Shown in pieces: positions 27,782 through 35,945 of a DNA stretch of 64,000 bases. The DNA is from a virus (lineage: Duplodnaviria; Caudoviricetes). Location of the stretch: positions 5,461 to 69,460 of IMG/VR virus record IMGVR_UViG_3300045391_004370; one strand, given 5' to 3'. The stretch's first letter is position 1. Each line of letters begins with the position of its first letter. Position numbers and translations under genes: made by a program. Below the pieces are notes generated by a model. That model made no database searches and had not been told where the DNA came from. It saw only the letters and a list, made by a program, of their open reading frames with translations.

Positions 27782-29698
27782 TTAAGCCGCAGCGGCCGGC
27801 TTCTTGTCCCCGGGACGCTCGAAGACCAGCAGAGGAGCTGGAGGCGCCTTCTGATCGTCGGGCTGCTCGTTGGCGCGGAGATCGCCACCGGCGCCATGAG
27901 AGCTTCCACCCTGACCGGCGAAGCTCGGCGTGACGGCGAGGCCGGCGAGACCTTCCAGCATGGAGATGTCCATGCCCTTCAGTTGCTCGTCGGTGAAGGT
28001 GTTGCGCGTATTCGCCTTGATCTGGGTAATGAACCCATTCTTCTTGGCTTCGAGCGCACGCATACCGTCTTTCAGGGCTTCCCGGACTTCCGGCGGCGCC
28101 TGATCGATGTATTCGGCAGCGGAGAGAGCTTTCGGCGCGGGGGCAACAGGCGCAACAGGCGCAGCGTTGTCCTTGATTTCCGGCGTACCGCCTTCACCGG
28201 GCTTGGGGTCGACTTTGGACATGGGATCCTCATGTTCGTTGTTGAGACTCAGGACGGAGTTTCCACCGGAAACAGCCGTATCCTGTACTTGGACGATCTT
28301 CGTGAGCAAGACGACTTCCGTCGCAGGCCCGGTGAAGGTAACCTTACCGCCATCGTCCACGGTGTAAGGCACCTGGTAATTGTCGTACTCGTACGAATCC
28401 GGGTCATAGTACCCAAAGACGCACACATCCTTCGTGAAGGTAATGACGTAGCTATACCCCATGAAGACATGTTCGAGAGCCACGCAGAGGAGCGCAGCGA
28501 CGTCGCGCGCAGCCATTCCGGATGGATAATCGTGAACCAGCAGTTTGGACTGCTGCAGAGCTTTAATGCCGCCAAGCATACGCGCTTGCGTCTTACTGGT
28601 CGGCTTGACTTCGCTTGCCAACACGGGAGGCTTGCCGGAGAGCGTCTTCATCCAGGCGGAATTGATCTTGGGCGATACTTCCTTATTTTCCGACGGGAAG
28701 AGCTGGTTGAAGTACCAGGCGCCGATCGTGTGATCGGGAGTGTCGAGAAGTGCTGCGGGATCGGTCTTTTCGACCGTAATTTCCGTTGTCTCGTTGACGA
28801 CGGGCTCTTCGCTGGTGCCTTCCGCCGGCTCTTTGCCTTCTTTGCAGCCGCAGTTTGACTTCATCTTGTAGCCCATCGTCTTGGGCTTGCGCTGATACGA
28901 TTCCGGCTGCTGGGTCTTCGTGTTCTGACGTGCACCGGGCTGCGGGACAACATTCCCCGCGCCTTCCACGCCATCCACTTCGTCATATGCGCTTTCTTGC
29001 GCGGGAGTCGAGATGATTGCGTCGGAAGGAAGCAAAACGCCTGCAGGGATCGAAGGTGCGGGCTTTTCGATCGCAGGCTTGGTCTGGTCGTTCGCATCAT
29101 TGGTGCGCATGAGGCCACATCCGTTCTCTATGGAGCATGCTCCAGTTAAGGTTTCGTCCAGGATAGCCAGGTGATCGGGCACAACGTCACGCCAGACGGC
29201 GTCATAACGCTTGCTCTCGTACACACCCATCTGAGGTTGTGACACAGAATAAAGGCCGGTGGAGATTTCGACCATCTCTCCGGCCTCAACGCGCTCTAGG
29301 ACGCGCTTCGTGTTGTCGTTCAGTGTCTTTGCCCGCTCGATATCGATCCAGGCCTCGCAAGCCAAACAAGGCACGTTTTTGGCGTTGTCCTTGCGTTGTG
29401 AGCCGAATACGTACCCGAACTGATAGGCCGACAAGACTTCGGGAGAATTGGCAGAGACAGGGTTTCCATCCACGTCTTTAGGATGGTTCATGACGAGGGG
29501 ACGTCCATTCCATCCTGCGGGAGCTCTGGCGAACTCGTCCGCTAAGGCAAGCTCTGGCTGGGCGGCATTGGAAGCTTGGATCACACCCTGAACGAGTGCA
29601 ATAACAGGCACAACGAGATAATCGCGACCTTCCCAGGTTTCTTTCCTGGACAAGCCGGTATCTGCATTCGCGCGGAATGTATGGAACCCCTGCCTCAT
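27782..29698 (-). CDS. Prohead protease/scaffold (DUF2213-like N-terminus)
   Basis: WNGRPLVMNHP, VEISTG, PDHLAIL, GACS...GCG, followed by a long acidic and coiled-coil scaffold region. Confidence 0.8.
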   Translation of the reverse strand: MRQGFHTFRANADTGLSRKETWEGRDYLVVPVIALVQGVIQASNAAQPELALADEFARAPAGWNGRPLVMNHPKDVDGNPVSANSPEVLSAYQFGYVFGSQRKDNAKNVPCLACEAWIDIERAKTLNDNTKRVLERVEAGEMVEISTGLYSVSQPQMGVYESKRYDAVWRDVVPDHLAILDETLTGACSIENGCGLMRTNDANDQTKPAIEKPAPSIPAGVLLPSDAIISTPAQESAYDEVDGVEGAGNVVPQPGARQNTKTQQPESYQRKPKTMGYKMKSNCGCKEGKEPAEGTSEEPVVNETTEITVEKTDPAALLDTPDHTIGAWYFNQLFPSENKEVSPKINSAWMKTLSGKPPVLASEVKPTSKTQARMLGGIKALQQSKLLVHDYPSGMAARDVAALLCVALEHVFMGYSYVITFTKDVCVFGYYDPDSYEYDNYQVPYTVDDGGKVTFTGPATEVVLLTKIVQVQDTAVSGGNSVLSLNNEHEDPMSKVDPKPGEGGTPEIKDNAAPVAPVAPAPKALSAAEYIDQAPPEVREALKDGMRALEAKKNGFITQIKANTRNTFTDEQLKGMDISMLEGLAGLAVTPSFAGQGGSSHGAGGDLRANEQPDDQKAPPAPLLVFERPGDKKPAAAA

Positions 29699-29704
29699 AC
29701 GAAC

Positions 29705-29733
29705 ATTATATCTCGGTTGATGGTGACTATCAA
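29705..29733 (-). promoter_or_regulatory. sigma70-type promoter, leaderless, for the head operon
   Basis: TTGATA-N17-TATAAT, with the ATG 6 nt downstream and no RBS. Confidence 0.7.
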
Positions 29734-29760
29734 CTAAAAAGTGGTACCGGTCACTTACAA

Positions 29761-30102
29761 TTAGGTTACCGGGATTCTGGTGACTGCAACGGCCACGTCA
29801 CCGTCCGATCTTTTGAACTTCCAGACGATTTCGTACAGTGCACCGCGTATACAGCCGCTCAGCTTGACTTTTGCTGCGCAGTTTGCATTTGTGACTGTGA
29901 TAATGGAAGGATCCCCTGCACGATCTTGTGCCGAAGAATCTTCCACTTCACCGACAGTCTGCAGCGTTACGCTGTTCGCTGCGTCATCGACAAGCGTGAC
30001 GCCTGTACCCATCTTGACAAAGTCCACAGTGATGGTCGCTTCAGCTTCGCTGTGCATTGCCCTATAAACGAAATCGGGCTCTCTTGCCTCATACGGTTCC
30101 AT
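29761..30102 (-). CDS. putative fibre adaptor/structural protein
   Basis: 113 aa, beta-rich, with a C-terminal SG...G..Y pattern. Overlaps the repeat-fibre gene end. Confidence 0.5.
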   Translation of the reverse strand: MEPYEAREPDFVYRAMHSEAEATITVDFVKMGTGVTLVDDAANSVTLQTVGEVEDSSAQDRAGDPSIITVTNANCAAKVKLSGCIRGALYEIVWKFKRSDGDVAVAVTRIPVT

Positions 30103-32497
30103 TTTTCACCTGCTTCACTTGTGCCACGTAGGGACTACCATCGATGGTGCCCGTACGTAACGTTTCCCGAATTGTTGCCAAGCGTTCTTCGTCAATAGTC
30201 GCTACGCGAGGAGTACCGTAAACGATCGCGACGTACTCAGGGTCATATGCACCCGGTTCGATAATCGTCAGGAACGGTGCATAGCCATGGAGGCTGAGCT
30301 CACCGTTGATCCACGTGATATTGCCGCTACCAGTGATTTCCTTATCAGGCGCATAGCCTTGCAGGCCAAGAGCACCACTGGCGGGACGTATATTGATAGA
30401 TAGAGAGGACGCGTAACCCTGCAGAACTACCGCGCCAGTGACCTGTTTGAGGTCTTTCGCGATTCTGCCTGCATATCCCTGGAGGCTCAACGCCTTCGTG
30501 GGAACGGTTATGCGCAGCTCTTGTGTTAGCCGCTGGCCTTGAGCTGTTAGTGTGCCAGTGGGGATAATGATGTTCTTGCTGATCTGGCGTGAGGGAGCGT
30601 AGCCCTGAATCGCGAGATTGTCGTTGGCAGGTGTCAACCGGATCTGCAGCTGACCTGCATATCCCTGCAATCCAAGATGTCCTGCTCCGGGAATATAGTT
30701 CTTCCGGAAATCGAGCGTAGGTACACGACCTTGGATGGACAGAACCGCTTGCGACGGAATGTAAACACCCTGTCCAGCGACAGAAGGCGGATAGCCCTGG
30801 ATTGCTAGTGCCGCTTGTGGAGGCGCAACGTTGAAGTTGAGCTTCCTTGTCGGGGTATAACCCTGCAAGTTGAGCGCTTTCGTCTCGGGTACATACGAGG
30901 AAGCAAGCTGCCTCAGAGGTACATAACCTTGCAAAGCTAATGCGCCCGTAGACGGACGGATATTAAAGTTGAACTTGAGCGTCGCAGTACGACCTTGCAA
31001 CGCTAGTGCAACAGTCGCAGGAACCTTATTGAAGTTGAACTTGAGTGCAGGTGTCTGGCCTTGGATCGCCAAAGTACCCGCGTTGGGAACAACGTTACGC
31101 TGCTCCGTGACAATTGGCGCATGCCCCTGAAGGTTGAGGGCAGCTGTAGCAGGAACGATATTGTACCTGAAACTGAGCGAAGGCGCATAGCCTTGGACAG
31201 ATAGCGTACCTGTTCCAGGGTGAATGTTGCTAAGGAACTTGACGCTTGCACTATATCCCTGCAAAGATAGCGCTGCAGTAGCCGGTACATAAGCGCTCGC
31301 AACTGCAAGGGTAGGTGCATATCCTTGGAGGCTAAGTGCAGCAGCTCCTGGGACCTTATTAGTGCTCAGCTTCGTTGCAGGTGCCAAACCAGCAAGAGTG
31401 AGGCTCCCCTTGCCAGGGACGTAATTGAGCCGTAAGCTCAGCGCTGCAGCACTACCTGCAATGGCGAGCGTAGCAGCACCAGGTACTTTGTTGGTACTCA
31501 GCTTCGTAGTCGGCGTTTGGCCACTTAAAGCTAGCGCACCTGTAACAAGCGCACGATTGAACCGGAAGCTGATAGTGGCAGCACGACCCGTCAACGAGAG
31601 TGCAACGACTCCCGGATTGCGGTTCATGAACTGCTGCAGTGAGGGTGCCAGACCTTGGAGAGCTAGAGCGCCTGCCGGAGGCGTAATGCTAACGCCAGTC
31701 GTGATCGCCTGTGCATATAGCTTTGCCGGTTGCTTATAGATACGCCACGGATTCTCAGCGAGCGCACGAGCTTCAGCCCCTGAGAGGAGTCGATTCCAGT
31801 AACGTACATAAGCAATCTTACCGTTCCAAGCTCGATCGCCTGCAGGACGACTACCTACAGTGATGGTGCTCAAATCGGCATTCATCGTCCCCGATGCGGA
31901 CGTATTATGCGTGACCGACTGCGGAACACCGTTGTACCACCAATTTGTGGCGTTTGCACCTGTACCGTCATTACGATTGAACGTGACGACGATGTGATAC
32001 CAATTTCCGGATACAAGAGCCGGACCGCTCTCCTGGAACGTTCCCCCAGAATAGTCGCATGTCAGTGACGGTTCATTCGGAGAACTGTCATCGACAAACA
32101 AACGCCAGACAGTGGTTCCGCCCGCATTGCTTTTGTCCAGGATGCGGCCGAAGCCACCACCACCCCCAGTACCTGCGTAATAGATGAGGCATTCAATAGT
32201 GATCAGGCCGTTGTTGTTGAATTGGCTCGGCCCAATCGTGTAAACGTCACGACTGGTTGACGCACCGCCACCAAAGTCGCGTGCCGGACCCCATTGGGTA
32301 ATGTTCGGAGTCGTACCGGTAATAGCGCTAAGTGCACCACCTACCAGTTCTTTGCTCTGTGCACCTGCATTCGCAAGGTAGTTAGCATCGAAGGCCAAAT
32401 CCCGCGTGATAGGGTTCGACCAATCGATTTGGGCAGCATTAGGCTTTGGCCCGAAACCAAGGGGCTTACCACCTGATGCTAGCCAAGTAGCGGTCAT
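30089..32497 (-). CDS. LamG-domain protein with ~22 tandem 20-22 aa repeats (putative head fibre/filament)
   Basis: LamG: ITIECLI, WYHIVVT, WNGKIAYVRYWNRLLS. Repeats have consensus P-x-x-x-A-L-x-L-Q-G-Y-A-P-x-L. Confidence 0.75.
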   Translation of the reverse strand: MTATWLASGGKPLGFGPKPNAAQIDWSNPITRDLAFDANYLANAGAQSKELVGGALSAITGTTPNITQWGPARDFGGGASTSRDVYTIGPSQFNNNGLITIECLIYYAGTGGGGGFGRILDKSNAGGTTVWRLFVDDSSPNEPSLTCDYSGGTFQESGPALVSGNWYHIVVTFNRNDGTGANATNWWYNGVPQSVTHNTSASGTMNADLSTITVGSRPAGDRAWNGKIAYVRYWNRLLSGAEARALAENPWRIYKQPAKLYAQAITTGVSITPPAGALALQGLAPSLQQFMNRNPGVVALSLTGRAATISFRFNRALVTGALALSGQTPTTKLSTNKVPGAATLAIAGSAAALSLRLNYVPGKGSLTLAGLAPATKLSTNKVPGAAALSLQGYAPTLAVASAYVPATAALSLQGYSASVKFLSNIHPGTGTLSVQGYAPSLSFRYNIVPATAALNLQGHAPIVTEQRNVVPNAGTLAIQGQTPALKFNFNKVPATVALALQGRTATLKFNFNIRPSTGALALQGYVPLRQLASSYVPETKALNLQGYTPTRKLNFNVAPPQAALAIQGYPPSVAGQGVYIPSQAVLSIQGRVPTLDFRKNYIPGAGHLGLQGYAGQLQIRLTPANDNLAIQGYAPSRQISKNIIIPTGTLTAQGQRLTQELRITVPTKALSLQGYAGRIAKDLKQVTGAVVLQGYASSLSINIRPASGALGLQGYAPDKEITGSGNITWINGELSLHGYAPFLTIIEPGAYDPEYVAIVYGTPRVATIDEERLATIRETLRTGTIDGSPYVAQVKQVKNGTV

Positions 32498-32971
32498 TTA
32501 GACCACCTGCTTCGTCACACCGACGTAATTGATTGCATGATTGCCGGCAGTCGAATTCAACGCGACACCTGACGAATTGACGACAGCAATACCCCATTCA
32601 GGGCCCAACTCGCCTAGGAGACTTGTGTCGAACTCCGCATAATACGTGACGTTCGACGTAGTCGCGGGGATCAGCATTGTACCAAGAAGCTTGGCGTTGG
32701 TAATCGTGATAGCTGCATCTGAAGCGCCTGCATTATCGGTACGTAGCGGCGTTGCTTTATCAGATCTGATCAGGTAAAAGTAGATCAGGCTGTTCAATGT
32801 AGGCGTAGTGCCCACAGTGATCTTGGCATAAATCAACGCTGACAGGTACAGATTGGACGAATTGTCCAACAGTGTACACTGCCTACCCGCACCTGCAGTC
32901 GAACTTGCCAGCGACGCCAGCGTGATAGTCAACGCTGCTGAAGCGGCGTACTTTGATTTAAAGTCTGCCAT
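32498..32971 (-). CDS. putative virion structural protein (beta-sandwich)
   Basis: GGAGG RBS, Ala/Thr/Ser-rich. Stop abuts the next ATG. Confidence 0.55.
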   Translation of the reverse strand: MADFKSKYAASAALTITLASLASSTAGAGRQCTLLDNSSNLYLSALIYAKITVGTTPTLNSLIYFYLIRSDKATPLRTDNAGASDAAITITNAKLLGTMLIPATTSNVTYYAEFDTSLLGELGPEWGIAVVNSSGVALNSTAGNHAINYVGVTKQVV

Positions 32972-33039
32972 ACTGACCTCCTAGCCAGAAGTGCCCCAGG
33001 ATGTCTCCTAGGGCACTAAATGTCTCATCGACGACTGGC

Positions 33040-33495
33040 TTACGTCAGGGTAAAGATACCCGACGCATTGGGGGTCAGAGTCAGACGGTTGGTGTCGGCC
33101 AACGAGAATTGGCCCGACGATAGCGAACAGTAAGCCAGCACCTTATTGGCGGTGGCTTTCGCTGAAGTTCCAGTACGCGCGATGATCACGGCGCCCTTGA
33201 TGTTCGCGATCGTACCGCCATTGGCGGAGAGCTGCGCTGCAGCACTGGTGAACTTCTTCTGTCCGGCAGAAGCGCCATCCGACCAGGTGACGGAAGTCAA
33301 CGCGATACCCGCCAGCGTATAGCCATTGGCACTTGCGACCTGATTGGTCAGCGAGCCCAAGGTAGACAATGTCGCGGTGGCGAAGTTCGACGCTGACGTG
33401 AAGAAGTGGAGGTCGAAGGTCGCTGACCCGAGGGCGATGGTCCCCGAGATGTACTTCTTCGCCTTGTTGTAAATCTTCCATGCCTGAACTGACAT
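33040..33495 (-). CDS. putative virion structural protein
   Basis: AGGAG RBS. YN.AK, NQVAS.NGYT.AG, GIFTLT pattern recalls small phage structural proteins. Confidence 0.55.
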   Translation of the reverse strand: MSVQAWKIYNKAKKYISGTIALGSATFDLHFFTSASNFATATLSTLGSLTNQVASANGYTLAGIALTSVTWSDGASAGQKKFTSAAAQLSANGGTIANIKGAVIIARTGTSAKATANKVLAYCSLSSGQFSLADTNRLTLTPNASGIFTLT

Positions 33496-33507
33496 TGGAT
33501 TCTCCTG

Positions 33508-34440
33508 TTATGGCGCGTCGGATTCCCTTAACGCCGTTTCGACCATATGATGGATTAGGCCATCACCGTGCACCGTCATCTGGATCTCTTGGCCAAACGC
33601 AGCGATCATCTCGATGAACGTCTGGGCCTGAGCTGCCATTGTAGCGGTGCATTTGAAGCGCTTGCCCATCGAGACGAAGTCAGCGACTGTCTCGGAGTCA
33701 TTCCAGGGCTGGGAATAACCGTGGTGCGCTGCAGTGGTCGGGTCGCAGCAAGAATCAATGCCAAACAGATCCTGCTTGTAGAAACCCAGCATCCGGCATA
33801 GGATCGGGCCTACAATACCTACGCTACCAGCAGGTGGTACGCGTGTCCATCGTCCCATATAGTGAGCATCAAGACGACGGGACATTGCATCTTCTTCGTC
33901 CGGTGCATGGACATGGAAAATGTAGGTATCACGGTCTTCGCAGAGGTCGAAAAGTCCGGGATCGACCTGCGATGCGAGGAAATACTTGCAACCCTTGATG
34001 GGTTCCTTGACGAATTCGGTGTTGCAGGGGCGCGCATCCATCACGATATGCATCGAGGGACGGATATTACGCTCCACGAGCCAGTTCGCTGCGCCGTTCA
34101 AGGCGACGATCTTGGCACCATCGAAGTACAGATCCCGTAGCTCTTGCATGACTTCGGGACGATTGATTGACCAGCCACCACCAACGATGCAGACACGCTG
34201 CTCGTTAGGGACGTGTGACGCCATCTGAGGTACGAAGCGCTTGATGTTGTTGCGCACATTGGCTTGAAGCTTCCAGTGCTTCGTATTGACGCGCATGACA
34301 TCTTTGTCGAAGACGTCGCCGCTCTTGTACTCAAGGACACCTACGCGCTCTGGCAATTCACCAATGTCGTATGTTTTCGCAGGCCCGATCGTCATCGTGG
34401 GCGCGTATCCGTTGATCCCGACTTCTGCCGCGAAGCTCAT
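33508..34440 (-). CDS. Maf/DUF115 (MptE-like) family transferase, putative glycosyltransferase
   Basis: VCIVGGGWS, IVALNGA..WL..RNIRP, VMDARP, YFLASQVDP, GSVG, LGF...LFGIDS. ATGA-coupled to the methyltransferase. Confidence 0.72.
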   Translation of the reverse strand: MSFAAEVGINGYAPTMTIGPAKTYDIGELPERVGVLEYKSGDVFDKDVMRVNTKHWKLQANVRNNIKRFVPQMASHVPNEQRVCIVGGGWSINRPEVMQELRDLYFDGAKIVALNGAANWLVERNIRPSMHIVMDARPCNTEFVKEPIKGCKYFLASQVDPGLFDLCEDRDTYIFHVHAPDEEDAMSRRLDAHYMGRWTRVPPAGSVGIVGPILCRMLGFYKQDLFGIDSCCDPTTAAHHGYSQPWNDSETVADFVSMGKRFKCTATMAAQAQTFIEMIAAFGQEIQMTVHGDGLIHHMVETALRESDAP

Positions 34441-34994
34441 GCTGTCACCAGAAAGATGCCGTCGCCAATAAGGTCTCGAGCGACTTCGACACGACCGAGA
34501 TCGCGAAAGAGCTGCAACCACCACTTGAACGGCTGGACTGTTAAGTGCAGATGCTCGCCGACGAGACGTCCCAGGTTGTCTTCATGGAAACATACCGAAA
34601 AGTAGCATCCATGCGCGGCAGTTGCGAGCATATTCCGGATGGCCAACGCTGTAAACTGCGTTGGGAGATGTTCCATCATGTCGCAGCAGAAAGTCCAGTC
34701 GTAATGATTTTCAGGCCATTTTCCTTCGCAGATACTCGCCTGAAAGAACGGGATATTGGACGATTTGTCCCATCCCGCATCAGTAATATCGCAGGCGTGC
34801 ACCTTGTAGCCGAGCGTCTGCAGGGCCCTCGACCCAGCCCCAGCGCCAGCGCCAACATCAAGGACTGATATTCCTCGACTTTTGGTAAGGGCATGGAACA
34901 TTTCGGCATGGTTAGCGCCTGGGGAGTCCACGCGATACTCGGGGAGTGCCCAAGTCTTGGCATACTTTGCTGCCTCTGCTTGCGATGTGAGCAT
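34437..34994 (-). CDS. Class I SAM-dependent methyltransferase
   Basis: VLDVGAGAG, VHACDI, FCCDMMEHLP. GAGGGG RBS before ATG 34994. Confidence 0.85.
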   Translation of the reverse strand: MLTSQAEAAKYAKTWALPEYRVDSPGANHAEMFHALTKSRGISVLDVGAGAGAGSRALQTLGYKVHACDITDAGWDKSSNIPFFQASICEGKWPENHYDWTFCCDMMEHLPTQFTALAIRNMLATAAHGCYFSVCFHEDNLGRLVGEHLHLTVQPFKWWLQLFRDLGRVEVARDLIGDGIFLVTA

Positions 34995-35020
34995 TGACCC
35001 CTCGAGCCGTCCTATTCTGT

Positions 35021-35050
35021 ATGATACCATAAGGCTGTGTTGGCAATCAA
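35021..35050 (-). promoter_or_regulatory. candidate sigma70-type promoter for the methyltransferase-transferase-fibre block
   Basis: TTGATT-N18-TATCAT, preceded by CACTC as in the terminase promoter. Confidence 0.5.
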
Positions 35051-35159
35051 GAGTGAATGTTGTTCCTTATAGAAGGTTTTTATGTCACTTACCGGTAGGA
35101 CATTTTATGTCTGGACTCGCCACTGGGCGCGGGTTGGAGGTAGCCGGAGGCTGAATAGG

Positions 35160-35582
35160 CTAGTCTTCCGCTATCGTGAAGCCGATCGCATTCCGCACTT
35201 TGCCTTTGTGATGCTCATTTGCCCAGGATTGTGGCTGGATCTGGAAGTCGATGTTCAGCTGCGTCTGCTCCTTAAGCCATAGGGATAGTGCAACGTTCAT
35301 AACAAGCCACCTAGGCTGCCATGCCCAGTTCGTTGTCGTTTTGCACTGGAAGAGCTTCTTGAACTCTTCGTCCGCCAGGATCATGCGCACATCCACATCG
35401 CGGAAGTCAGGCTTCTGCATGCATGAGCCCACGACATAGATACCTCCAGTCCATCCATCGTCACCATTACAGAAGGCTTGGTACAGATGTTGACAGGCGA
35501 GCTCCAGCTTGTAATAAGCAGGTGCACCTATGTAGCAGCCTTTGCCTTTAGGCTTCGATGGTCTTGGCGGGAACTTACGCAT
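35160..35582 (-). CDS. Pol-beta superfamily (minimal) nucleotidyltransferase-like protein
   Basis: IYVVGS-x6-RDVDVRMI and a later IDFQ supply the GS...DxD...D triad. Confidence 0.6.
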   Translation of the reverse strand: MRKFPPRPSKPKGKGCYIGAPAYYKLELACQHLYQAFCNGDDGWTGGIYVVGSCMQKPDFRDVDVRMILADEEFKKLFQCKTTTNWAWQPRWLVMNVALSLWLKEQTQLNIDFQIQPQSWANEHHKGKVRNAIGFTIAED

Positions 35583-35940
35583 TTAATACCTGACCCTCGG
35601 TAATCCATCCATGCCAATTGCCTGACACAGATGCATCTAGTGAAGGCTTGACTGTCAGCTTCGAGAAGTCCTGTGTATTGGATAACGTCCAAGCACAATT
35701 ACGGTTAGCAGGTACCCAGTTGACAGGCCAGTCATACTCATCTTCAGGCGTAGTGTGCATCGTCAGATGCATTAACCTGACCTGTTCACGAAATTGTGTC
35801 GGTCGATTGAAGACTGTCAGGCGGTCTTTCATGCAGCAAGGACAGATCAACGTCAGACCTACCACTGTGTCACCGTCTTTGATCCAACGAGGATCAAGGT
35901 CCGTTAAAGGTCGCGGTAGTCCTTCAGCAGTGGCACCCAT
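35575..35940 (-). CDS. DUF6527-like small Cys/His protein
   Basis: CPCC...W...LTVKPS...WHGWITEG. Confidence 0.5.
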   Translation of the reverse strand: MGATAEGLPRPLTDLDPRWIKDGDTVVGLTLICPCCMKDRLTVFNRPTQFREQVRLMHLTMHTTPEDEYDWPVNWVPANRNCAWTLSNTQDFSKLTVKPSLDASVSGNWHGWITEGQVLNA

Positions 35941-35945
35941 ATTGC

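Noticed and set aside
29739-29756. Terminator closing the fibre module
   Set aside because: Only a 5-bp stem (AAGTG/CACTT) before the T-run. Plausible but too weak to report as a feature.
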